From assembly GCA_964493715.1 (NCBI GenBank), contig CAZBPC010000022.1, positions 1 to 42,058 of the forward strand: a DNA stretch of 42,058 bases, given 5' to 3'. Of the stretch, positions 9,595 through 18,804 are shown piece by piece. Positions within the stretch are counted from its first letter, which is position 1. Each line of letters opens with the position of its first letter. A model generated the notes under the pieces. That model worked only from the letters and a program-made list of their open reading frames with translations. It had not been told where the DNA came from and did no database searches. The position numbers and the translations under genes are program-made. The DNA is from an uncultured archaeon (GTDB taxonomy: Archaea; Asgardarchaeota; Lokiarchaeia; Sigyniarchaeales; SOKP01).

Positions 9595-10982
9595 ACCATT
9601 TTTTTGGGGTCCAAAATTTCATCAATATCTCCTTCAAGTTGTATTCCCATATCTTTTATTACTTCCTTGATAGTTTTTCCTTCTTCATATGCTTTTTTAG
9701 CGATAATTGAGCATTTATCATAACCAATTATGGGAGTTAAATTTGTAACTAACATTAATAGGCGCTCTAAATGAGAATGTATTTGAGAAGCATTAACTTG
9801 TAAATCATCTAAACAATGGTCTATAAATGAATTAATGCCACCATTTAAAATTTCGATAGATTCTAAAATGTTAAAAATCATAATAGGTTTACAAACATTC
9901 AAATCCAAAATACTACCATAGGCCTCGGCTGATGTTATAACCGAGTCGTTCCCCATTACTTGCAAACATACTTGAATTAGAGCCTCAGATTGGGTCGGGT
10001 TAATCTTTCCTGGCATAATCGAAGATCCCGGTTCATTTTGGGGCAAAATGAGTTCTGAGAGTCCCGCTCTAGGCCCGCTTCCCATCCATCTTATATCATT
10101 TGCCATTTTTAACAAAGAAAGGGACAATAACTTTAAATTACTACTCAAATTAACTATTGAATTATGAGAAGATATACCCTCTGCTTTAATTGGATTAATT
10201 TTGAATGGAAAATTAGTAATATGATTAAGTTGTTTCACCACTTTTGAAGCGAATTCCTTGTGTGCATTCAATCCAGTACCTAAGGCTGTTCCTCCAATTG
10301 GAATGAAATATAACTCATTAATTGCATTTTTTAATCGTTCTCTACTATTTTCAATTTGTTTTTTATACACTTGGAACTCCAATGATATTGGAATAGGAAC
10401 AGCATCTTGTAAATGTGTTCTGCCCACTTTAATGATTCCTTTAAATTGTACAATTTTTTCTTCTAAACTTTCAATCATTCGATCTATAGAAAGGATTAAT
10501 TTACTATTAATTAAATGAATCGCAGATATATGCATTGCTGATGAAATCACGTCATTTGAAGACTGACCTTTATTCACGTGGTCATTGGGATGAACCGGAC
10601 TCTTTTTTCCCAAAGGATAACCTAGAACTTGATTTGCTCTATTTGCTAAAACCTCATTCATATTCATGTTAGTTTGAGTTCCAGAACCAGTTTGAAAAAC
10701 ATCTATAGGAAATTGATCTTGATATTTATTTTCATTTAAAAGCTCATCAGTCGCTTTTAATATCGCATCAGCTATCTCTTGATCGATTAAATTCAATTCT
10801 AGATTTGACATTAAACAGGCCTTCTTTAACTGAGCAAGTGATATGATAAAACTAGAGGGAAAGGTTATACCACTAATTTTGAAGTTGTTAATCGCTCTCT
10901 GGGTGTTAATACCCCAATATACGTCTGCGGGAACCTCTACTTCACCTAATATGTCCTTTTCAATACGAGAATTCAATTTCAA
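9591..10982 (-). CDS. fumC: Class II fumarate hydratase
   Basis: FQTGSGTQTNMN, HPNDHVN, GRTHLQDA and GSSIMPGKINP signature motifs; TTG start. Confidence 0.92.
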   Translation of the reverse strand: MKLNSRIEKDILGEVEVPADVYWGINTQRAINNFKISGITFPSSFIISLAQLKKACLMSNLELNLIDQEIADAILKATDELLNENKYQDQFPIDVFQTGSGTQTNMNMNEVLANRANQVLGYPLGKKSPVHPNDHVNKGQSSNDVISSAMHISAIHLINSKLILSIDRMIESLEEKIVQFKGIIKVGRTHLQDAVPIPISLEFQVYKKQIENSRERLKNAINELYFIPIGGTALGTGLNAHKEFASKVVKQLNHITNFPFKINPIKAEGISSHNSIVNLSSNLKLLSLSLLKMANDIRWMGSGPRAGLSELILPQNEPGSSIMPGKINPTQSEALIQVCLQVMGNDSVITSAEAYGSILDLNVCKPIMIFNILESIEILNGGINSFIDHCLDDLQVNASQIHSHLERLLMLVTNLTPIIGYDKCSIIAKKAYEEGKTIKEVIKDMGIQLEGDIDEILDPKKMV

Positions 10983-11086
10983 TACGATCCATAAAGTTAT
11001 GTTTTACTAATAAGTTAATTAGGAAATAGGAAGTAAAAAAATTATATCTTATTAATTATCGATAAAAAATTATTAATAAATTTCAA

Positions 11087-11109
11087 AATCATATGAAATT
11101 CATATGATT
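11087..11109. promoter_or_regulatory. Perfect 11-1-11 dyad, candidate operator
   Basis: AATCATATGAA-A-TTCATATGATT in the divergent fumC/sulfatase intergenic region. Confidence 0.5.
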
Positions 11110-11209
11110 CAAAATGAAGTTGGTAAAGCTAAACCATTAATAAATCGTAAATTTAAATTTGGAAAGAAGTTTATCAAACGCAGATATAATTAACAATATA
11201 TGATTTTTT

Positions 11210-12670
11210 ATGGTAAATGCGATATTAATTATTCTTGATACTCTAAGGCAGGATTATGTTGGTGCTTATGGAAATACTTGGATAAAAACTCCGAATTTAG
11301 ACAAATTTGCAGAAGAATCGGTAAAATTTACGCGAATGTATCCAGAGTCATTGCCAACGCTCCCAGCAAGAAAAGCAATCTATACGGGAAAACGCATATT
11401 TCCTTTTACTGATGATAAGCTTGGAAATACAAAAACTGGGAAGGGAGATTTTATCGCTGATGCTCTTGGAGCTCCTGGTTGGAGCTCTATTTCAGATTCT
11501 AACGACACCCTTGCAGAGCGATTTAATCGGAAAAAATATGTTTCAGCTTTATTTTCTGATGTATATCATCAATTTAAACCTGGATATAATTTTACTCGTG
11601 GATTTCATCAATGGAAATGGATTCGTGGTCAAGAGGAAGATGCATATCTGTCCGGACCCCGAATTTCTGATGAAATTCTTAACGAATTTCTCACTTCTAA
11701 AGGAGATGGAATAAACGCAGGAACAATATTTGCTCAACACATGATGCGCCGATTCCTTCAAAACGTACGCTGGTGGCGTTCAGAAACTGACAGCTTTCCT
11801 TCCCAGGTTTTTCGTTCAGCGGGAGAATGGTTGGATATGAATTATGATAACCTTATAAATGGTAAAGCATTTATGACTGTAGAGTCCTTTGACCCACATG
11901 AACCATGGAATCCACCTCCTCATTATATTCGGATGTACGAAAAAGATCCCAATTGGGAAAAAGGGTGTAGAAAGATATCACACTCACTTTATGGTCCAGC
12001 AAGTATTTTATCCGAAAAGGAACTCAAAAATTTAAGGACAAGATATGCCGCGGAAGTTACGCTTGTAGACACGTGGTTCGGTTATTTCATTGATTATATC
12101 AAGCGAATAGGGATCTGGGATAATTCAATCATTGTGGTAGTTTCTGATCACGGTCACATGTTAGGTGAACACGGACTTGTAGCAAAAGCGGCCAATCCAC
12201 TTGGACGTGAAGTAGCAGATCTCGTCTCCATGATTCGATTTCCAGGGGGTGAAGGTAGTGGTAATACATGTAATAAGTTTTGTTATCATCATGACATTGC
12301 TCCTACCATTAGCGAAGCATGTAGTATTTCTACAAATAATATGGATGGTAAGAATCTGCTAAATTTAATTCACGATGATAACCTTACATATTATAATCAC
12401 GTTTCAATAGCGTGGGGTGGCTCCGTAGCAGTTTACGATGGTGATTTCTGGTATAATGGGTATGTATGGGACACAGAAGGAGGAAGTCTGTTTGATGTCA
12501 AAAAAGATCCAAAATTAACAAAGAATATTATTTTAGAAGCTCCTGATAAGGCAAAAGAACTTTTAAAACTTTGTTGGGAGGATGCGAGAGAGCCAATTGA
12601 TATGGAATTCATGCGGAAATTCAAAGATTTATTAGGGTGCACACCAGTTACCAAAACTCTCAACTGTTAA
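11210..12670 (+). CDS. Sulfatase-like hydrolase (alkaline phosphatase superfamily) with a TxPxR motif
   Basis: LDTLRQD, TPNLD, TLPARKAIYTG, DPHEPW and SDHG motifs. Confidence 0.85.
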   Translation: MVNAILIILDTLRQDYVGAYGNTWIKTPNLDKFAEESVKFTRMYPESLPTLPARKAIYTGKRIFPFTDDKLGNTKTGKGDFIADALGAPGWSSISDSNDTLAERFNRKKYVSALFSDVYHQFKPGYNFTRGFHQWKWIRGQEEDAYLSGPRISDEILNEFLTSKGDGINAGTIFAQHMMRRFLQNVRWWRSETDSFPSQVFRSAGEWLDMNYDNLINGKAFMTVESFDPHEPWNPPPHYIRMYEKDPNWEKGCRKISHSLYGPASILSEKELKNLRTRYAAEVTLVDTWFGYFIDYIKRIGIWDNSIIVVVSDHGHMLGEHGLVAKAANPLGREVADLVSMIRFPGGEGSGNTCNKFCYHHDIAPTISEACSISTNNMDGKNLLNLIHDDNLTYYNHVSIAWGGSVAVYDGDFWYNGYVWDTEGGSLFDVKKDPKLTKNIILEAPDKAKELLKLCWEDAREPIDMEFMRKFKDLLGCTPVTKTLNC

Positions 12671-12722
12671 AATTGAACTAAACAAAAATTAGATTATACT
12701 ATTTCTATAAAATGAGATATCT

Positions 12723-13178
12723 TTATGATAATAATGTACCACAAGAAGGGCAAGTTTCGATATCATCTTCGATCTTGGATCCACAGAAAGGACATACCTT
12801 TGTAAGTATATTTCTTTGTGTAGATTGAGAATTTACGCTATAAAACAATGAAAATAATTGAGAAAATAATCCGTCATACCAAGATTTCTTAAGTTTTTCA
12901 ACTCTTAAAATATTTCTTGAAAGTGGAGTAGCTTCCACCCTTAAAAGAGTAAAATTTCCTTCTAAATCATAAAAACTTATCCGAATTCTTTTCTTCCAAT
13001 TCGGATCATGCCCCGTATTAGCCATTAATGTTCCTTGCTTAGCTTCAATAAATGTGGGAGGATATGATTTCTTTATTTTTGCTTTATGTGTCCCATTCAG
13101 CCATTGGAGGGTGATTTCAAATGTTTTTTCCATATTAAGAGGTATTTTTTCCTCATATATAACATTAACATTCATCAT
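12723..13178 (-). CDS. Hypothetical protein with a C-terminal zinc ribbon
   Basis: C-terminal CPFCG...CPSCG motif. Confidence 0.75.
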   Translation of the reverse strand: MMNVNVIYEEKIPLNMEKTFEITLQWLNGTHKAKIKKSYPPTFIEAKQGTLMANTGHDPNWKKRIRISFYDLEGNFTLLRVEATPLSRNILRVEKLKKSWYDGLFSQLFSLFYSVNSQSTQRNILTKVCPFCGSKIEDDIETCPSCGTLLS

Positions 13179-13489
13179 AAATACTCTTTCGAATAATAAT
13201 AAAAGAAAGGTAAAGAATATTATTTAATTTTGTATTCTCTTGCTCCAAGTCATATATTAATTCTTTTTTTACAGATTTAATTCATAGATTTTTGAAAATT
13301 GATACAAAATTAAAGACATCATGAAAAATCACGATTTAAATAGGGTGAGTATTTCTATGTAAATGATACAAAATATATAATTTAGAAGATATAATTTTAA
13401 AAACTTGAATGGCTTAAGTTTAAAGAAGATATAAAAAAAAATTAAGATTCATAGTTGCTATAAATTAAACAAATATAGGTTGATTTTCG

Positions 13490-13855
13490 ATTTATAGGGT
13501 ATTTATCGTTGAGGATAATCAAAATTTTCAAGATATAATTAAATTAACACTTGAAGGATTTGGATATCAAGTCATTGGGACAGCTTCAGATGGAGAGATG
13601 GCGATTACTGAATTTAAGAAATTCAATTTGAAACCTGATATTATAATAATGGATCATAGAATGCCCAAAAAAAATGGAATTGAAGCAACGATTGAAATTT
13701 TAAAAATCAACAAAAAAATGAAAATCATTTTTACTACTGGTGATGATGAAATCAGAAATCAAGCTATTGATTTAGGCGTGAAAAGTGTGATATTAAAACC
13801 CTTTTCTATCACCAAATTACTAGAGCAGATTGAATTGATAATAAATAAAAATTAG
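13490..13855 (+). CDS. Single-domain response regulator receiver (CheY-like); probable ATT start
   Basis: The frame is open from 13484 and reads IYRVFIVEDNQ...GYQVIGTASDG-E-MAI...IIIMDHRMP...NGIEA...ILKPF. The ORF-track ATG at 13598 removes beta1 and the acidic pocket. Confidence 0.8.
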   Translation: MYRVFIVEDNQNFQDIIKLTLEGFGYQVIGTASDGEMAITEFKKFNLKPDIIIMDHRMPKKNGIEATIEILKINKKMKIIFTTGDDEIRNQAIDLGVKSVILKPFSITKLLEQIELIINKN

Positions 13856-13921
13856 GGTAATAATAATAGTAATAGGTTTATTATCAAAAAGATTTAATAT
13901 TATTAAAAAGAGGAATTTTAT

Positions 13922-16900
13922 ATGAATAAAATAGAAAGGTCGAATAAAGAAAAAAATGATTTCATCCAAGTTGTAGGAATTGGGGCATCTGCGGGAGGTC
14001 TAGATGCTTTTGAAAAATTTTTTTCAAGTATGTCCCCTAAAAGTAATATGGCATTTGTACTAGTACCTCATCTTGATCCAACTCATAAGAGTATTTTGGG
14101 AGAACTGATTAAAAAATGTACTGAGATGAGTGTAAATGAAATATGTGATGGAATGAAAGTTGAAAGAAATCGGACATATGTGATACCTCCGAATTATGAT
14201 TTAATATTAGAAGATAATAAATTTAAATTAATAATGCCTTCAGCACCGCGGGGTTTAAGGTTACCAATAGATCATTTCTTCCGTTCTTTAGCAGAATCTC
14301 AAAAAGAAAATTCAATTGGAATTATACTTTCTGGAACAGGAACAGATGGATCATTAGGGCTTAGAGCGATTAAAGGGGTGGGAGGAATGATAATGGTACA
14401 ATCTCCAGAAACTGCTAAATATAATGGTATGCCACAAAGCGCTATAAAAAGTACTTTGGTAGATTTTGTTCTAGCCCCAGAAGAAATGCCTGAGCGATTG
14501 ATCTCTTATGTAAAAAATTCATACAATGTCACAAAAACCAAATTAGAACTCCCTGGAACTGAAACAGCCATTCTGTTGGATGAAATTTTCAGAACTTTAC
14601 GCTTAAAGAGGGGGTGGGACTTTTCAGCATATAAGGAAGCAACGATTTTAAGGAGATTAGAAAAAAGGATGTCAATTAATAATATTGACACTTTAAATGA
14701 ATATGTAAAATTTTTTATTGGCAATAGCAATGAAATAGCTATTCTCAGTCAAGAATTGTTAATTGGAGTTACAAATTTCTTTCGAGATAAAGATGCATTT
14801 GATCATCTAAAAAAATTTGTAATTCCTAAGTTATTTGAAGGACGTTCTATAGAATCTCCTATTAGAATTTGGGTTCCATCATGTTCAACAGGAGAAGAAG
14901 CATATAGCATTGCAATTTTAATATCAGAATATTTAGACATTATGAATGAAAAATTTGATGTGCAAATTTTCGCAACTGATATTGATGAACAAGCTATTGA
15001 AAAAGCAAGAATAGGGATTTATCCCGATAATATTGGTGTTGACATCCCAGAAGAGTATTTGAAAACCTATTTTATCTCTCAAAACAATACATACGAAATT
15101 AAAAAAGAAATACGTGATTATATCGTTTTTGCTGTTCAGAATGTTATTGCCGATCCACCTTTCTCTAAATTAGATTTAATCTCTTGTCGTAATTTGCTGA
15201 TCTACTTAATTCCAGACATTCAAAAAAAATTATTGCTCCTATTTCATTTTGCTCTCAATTTAAATGGTTTTCTTTTTTTAGGAAACTCAGAATCAATTAG
15301 TAATGTTTCTTCTTACTTTGTGGTAATCAATTCACGCTGGAAAATCTTTCAAAAAATTGAGACTCTTTTACCGTATTTAGAATATGAAAGAACATTTCCA
15401 CCCTTAGTAACTAATATTAAAAAGCAGATATCTGAAAATATGAAACCACAAGAAAACGTATTAAAATATGATAAACTAGTCAAAGATTATATGCTCGATC
15501 AATTCTCTCCTTCAGCAGTTTTGATAAATCAGGAAAATAAAATTCTCTATATTCACGGTCATTCAGGAAAGTTCTTGGAACCATCCGAAGGTGATGCTAA
15601 TTTAGATATTCTTGATATGGCACGCGAAGGTTTACATTTAGAATTATCAACTGCCTTGAGAAAAGCAAAGATACAGAAAAAAGAAGTAAAATGCCAAAAT
15701 TTAAAATTTAATATATATGGAAATACAATATCTGTTAATCTAACTGTAAAACCAATAAGCAAACCAGGAAAGTTCGATAAACTGATCCTTGTAATATTTG
15801 AGGAAAATCCAATTGAATCAGAAGAAAAAACAATTGAAATTGAAGGAGATAATATTGAAAATGAGAAAATAAAGCTCCTTGAATATGAGCTAAAATCAAC
15901 TAAACAAACTCTTCAAACAGCATATGAAGAACTTGAAATCACGAACGAAGAATTAAAATCTACTAATGAGGAATTACAATCGTCAAATGAAGAGTTCCAG
16001 AGTACAAATGAAGAACTACAGACTTCTAGAGAAGAGCTTCAGTCGATAAATGAGGAATTAATTACTGTAAATACAGAGTTAGATGTGAAAATAAATGAAA
16101 TATCGCTTATAAACGCTGATCTCCTTAATTTAATACAAAGTACTGATGTGGGAATTATTTTTTTGGATCTAAATCTTAATATTAAACGATTTACACCCCC
16201 AATTACAAAAATTCTAAACATAATCGATACTGATCTTGGGCGTCCGCTTCTCCATATCACCTCTAACTTAAATTATAATTACTTGATTAATGATGCTTTA
16301 GAAGTCATTAAAAATCAACAACCCAAAAACTTAGATGTCGAAGATAAAGATGGAAAATGGTACAATATACGAATTTTACCATATAAAACATTGAATAAGA
16401 TTGTAGATGGGGTTACAATATCATTTCTTGATATTACACAAATCAAGAAAGCAAATCAAATGACTGAGGAAGCTCGAGAGTTTTCAGATAATATTATTAA
16501 GACTATTCGTGAACCTCTCTTAATCCTTGACTCAAATTTCAGAATAATTTCTGCGAATCATAGTTTTTACGAGACTTTTTTAGTTTCGAAAAAAGAAACT
16601 GAAGGTAAAATCCTTTTTGATTTAGGAAGCGGACAATGGGATATCCCAGAGTTGCGAGTAATTCTGGAAGAAATTCTTCCTAAAAGCTTAGAATTTGAAG
16701 ATTATGAAGTTACTCATGAATTTCAAATTATAGGTAAAAAAATTATGTTCCTTAATGCAAGGAAATTAAATTCCATAAATGTTAATTCTGAGTTGATATT
16801 ACTTGCGTTTGAAGACATCACATCCTTTAGAGAGACTGAAGAAAAGTTGAAAAACTCTGAAATAAGATATAAAAACGCATTCGATCTTACAAATTTCTAT

Positions 16901-17572
16901 AAAGACTTGTTTGCTCATGACATGAGCAATATTTTGCAAAGCATAATTTCTACAGTAGAATATTATGATAAATTACAAAAAGATGAGAGCGACAAGAACT
17001 ATCTTGTAGAAAATCTTACAAATTTAATTTCTAAAGCTTCAGTTTTGATAGCTAATGTCAGAAAATTATCAAAAATTGAGGATCCTAATGCTACAATTGG
17101 TCCAATAAAAATTTCTGATGTCTTGAAGAAAGCTACTAAAAATATTAAGGATAGTTTTAAATCAAGGAAATTAAATTTGGAAATATCCGGATTGACTGAT
17201 GACATGTTTATTCAAGGCGATGATTTGTTGATTGATATTTTTGATAATTTATTACATAATTCGGTTAATTATAGTGATAAGAAAAGAGAATTAGAAATTA
17301 AAATCAAAATTTCTGAAGTAGAAGCAGAAGGTACAGATTTTATCCAAATGGAATTTATTGATAATGGAATCGGAATATCTGATGATAATAAAAACAAATT
17401 ATTTACTCAAAATAATAATAAAGATATTCACTCCAAAGGTATGGGCATGGGATTATCGCTTGTAAAAAGAATTATTGATAAATACAAGGGAAAAATACTA
17501 GTTGAAGACAGAATAAAGGGTAATTATAAACTGGGTTCAAATTTCAAGATTTTGCTCCGAAAGAGTGTTTAG
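13922..17572 (+). CDS. cheBR: CheB methylesterase-CheR methyltransferase-PAS-coiled coil-PAS-histidine kinase fusion
   Basis: CheB motifs GASAGG, VPHLDP, SGTGTDG. CheR motifs IGVTNFFRD, CSTGEEAYS, ATDID, ISCRNLLIY. EELxSxNEEL heptads. Kinase motifs FAHDMSNILQ, NLLHNS, DNGIGI, GMGLSLV. Confidence 0.9.
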   Translation: MNKIERSNKEKNDFIQVVGIGASAGGLDAFEKFFSSMSPKSNMAFVLVPHLDPTHKSILGELIKKCTEMSVNEICDGMKVERNRTYVIPPNYDLILEDNKFKLIMPSAPRGLRLPIDHFFRSLAESQKENSIGIILSGTGTDGSLGLRAIKGVGGMIMVQSPETAKYNGMPQSAIKSTLVDFVLAPEEMPERLISYVKNSYNVTKTKLELPGTETAILLDEIFRTLRLKRGWDFSAYKEATILRRLEKRMSINNIDTLNEYVKFFIGNSNEIAILSQELLIGVTNFFRDKDAFDHLKKFVIPKLFEGRSIESPIRIWVPSCSTGEEAYSIAILISEYLDIMNEKFDVQIFATDIDEQAIEKARIGIYPDNIGVDIPEEYLKTYFISQNNTYEIKKEIRDYIVFAVQNVIADPPFSKLDLISCRNLLIYLIPDIQKKLLLLFHFALNLNGFLFLGNSESISNVSSYFVVINSRWKIFQKIETLLPYLEYERTFPPLVTNIKKQISENMKPQENVLKYDKLVKDYMLDQFSPSAVLINQENKILYIHGHSGKFLEPSEGDANLDILDMAREGLHLELSTALRKAKIQKKEVKCQNLKFNIYGNTISVNLTVKPISKPGKFDKLILVIFEENPIESEEKTIEIEGDNIENEKIKLLEYELKSTKQTLQTAYEELEITNEELKSTNEELQSSNEEFQSTNEELQTSREELQSINEELITVNTELDVKINEISLINADLLNLIQSTDVGIIFLDLNLNIKRFTPPITKILNIIDTDLGRPLLHITSNLNYNYLINDALEVIKNQQPKNLDVEDKDGKWYNIRILPYKTLNKIVDGVTISFLDITQIKKANQMTEEAREFSDNIIKTIREPLLILDSNFRIISANHSFYETFLVSKKETEGKILFDLGSGQWDIPELRVILEEILPKSLEFEDYEVTHEFQIIGKKIMFLNARKLNSINVNSELILLAFEDITSFRETEEKLKNSEIRYKNAFDLTNFYKDLFAHDMSNILQSIISTVEYYDKLQKDESDKNYLVENLTNLISKASVLIANVRKLSKIEDPNATIGPIKISDVLKKATKNIKDSFKSRKLNLEISGLTDDMFIQGDDLLIDIFDNLLHNSVNYSDKKRELEIKIKISEVEAEGTDFIQMEFIDNGIGISDDNKNKLFTQNNNKDIHSKGMGMGLSLVKRIIDKYKGKILVEDRIKGNYKLGSNFKILLRKSV
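15926..16081 (+). repeat. Degenerate 21-nt coding periodicity (EELxSxN heptads)
   Basis: EELEITN-EELKSTN-EELQSSN-EEFQSTN-EELQTSR-EELQSIN-EELITVN within the CheBR kinase. Confidence 0.75.
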
Positions 17573-17730
17573 CAGAGAGATATAAAAACTAAGAATTAAA
17601 TTAAGGATTATTTTTTGTGTATATTTCATTAAAGGATGTTAAATCGTTTTAAATTAGTAAATTAGAATATAATCACTGAATTTACTATTTCATTTCAATA
17701 ATATTATCAACTGACATGTATGTTAATACT

Positions 17731-18273
17731 TTACAATAGACCCCCTTTACTCAGCAATTTTCTTGATAATGTCTCAAAAATTGCTTCTACATTCTCACCA
17801 GTTTTCGAAGAACATTCGAGAAAATCGAATAAATTTCGTGTTTTACCATAATCTTTAGCAAATTCGGGATCGACTACTCTCTTACCTTGGGATGCTAAAT
17901 CCGATTTCCCACCAACTAAAATCATTGGAAAACGAAAATTTTCATGTTCATTGGGTGTTTTCTGTATCACATCCATCCAACCTTCCATATTTTTTAAGCT
18001 AGAAAAGCGAGAAATATCATACATGAATATCCCCCCAGAAGCACCAATTAAATAATTGGGTAATAGATTTTTGAATCTATGTTCTCCAGCAAAATCCCAA
18101 ATTTGCAGGGTGATATTTATTCTATCAATCTCGATGGTTTTAATATAAAAATCCACGCCAATTGTCATCTTAAAATCCTCACTATATTTTCCTGAGATAT
18201 ACCTATTCACTAAAGTAGTCTTTCCGACTCCTCCATCACCAATTAAGCATACTTTATACCTAGCGTGTGGCAT
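17731..18273 (-). CDS. Rab-like small GTPase (Ras superfamily; eukaryotic signature protein)
   Basis: G1 GDGGVGKT, G2/RabF1 TIGVDF, G3 WDFAG, G4 GKSD, G5 CSSK. No C-terminal prenylation cysteines. Confidence 0.92.
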   Translation of the reverse strand: MPHARYKVCLIGDGGVGKTTLVNRYISGKYSEDFKMTIGVDFYIKTIEIDRINITLQIWDFAGEHRFKNLLPNYLIGASGGIFMYDISRFSSLKNMEGWMDVIQKTPNEHENFRFPMILVGGKSDLASQGKRVVDPEFAKDYGKTRNLFDFLECSSKTGENVEAIFETLSRKLLSKGGLL

Positions 18274-18308
18274 TATAATTACCTGATATTTATAATATTT
18301 TTATTCGT

Positions 18309-18656
18309 TTATTTTGTAGAATTCTTGCCAATAGTCAAAATTTCTTTATTCAATGATTCATTTTCTTCCCTTAATTGTTCTATCTCTTTCATAAGGGTAG
18401 TAGTTATAGTTAAAACTTGATCTTTAGAGAACAGGTCACTATCTTTTAATTCTCTTACTTCCACGCCTCTAATTTCCAAATTTTTATCAATATAGAGAGT
18501 GGTTAAAATATTTTTTATTTCTCCATGTAAAAATGTATATGGAAATGGATATTCATCAATATCCTTTAAAAGATGGTTGCTTAGTGTTATCTTGTGACGT
18601 TGGTTACATAGTCTACAGTCATACTCTCGTATAACGGAAGCTATTTTCCTATTCAT
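18309..18656 (-). CDS. Small hypothetical protein with a CxxCxxxH motif and a C-terminal coiled coil
   Basis: YDCRLCNQRH, YPFPYTFLHG and LMKEIEQLREENESLNKEI. It lies 35 bp upstream of the GTPase on the same strand. Confidence 0.75.
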   Translation of the reverse strand: MNRKIASVIREYDCRLCNQRHKITLSNHLLKDIDEYPFPYTFLHGEIKNILTTLYIDKNLEIRGVEVRELKDSDLFSKDQVLTITTTLMKEIEQLREENESLNKEILTIGKNSTK

Positions 18657-18804
18657 AAATACATAGTAATATATCTTATTAATATATGAATTGATATTTT
18701 CTCAATTCTCAAAATTTAGAAAAATTATTTAAATTTTTATAATATCTAATTTAGATATCTGAATTCTAAAAGAAAAAAATGAAATCGTTATAGAGGAAAT
18801 AATT

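Noticed and set aside
15926-16081. 21-nt periodic repeats as a CRISPR array or tandem DNA repeat
   Set aside because: There are no spacers, and the synonymous divergence shows a protein heptad repeat.
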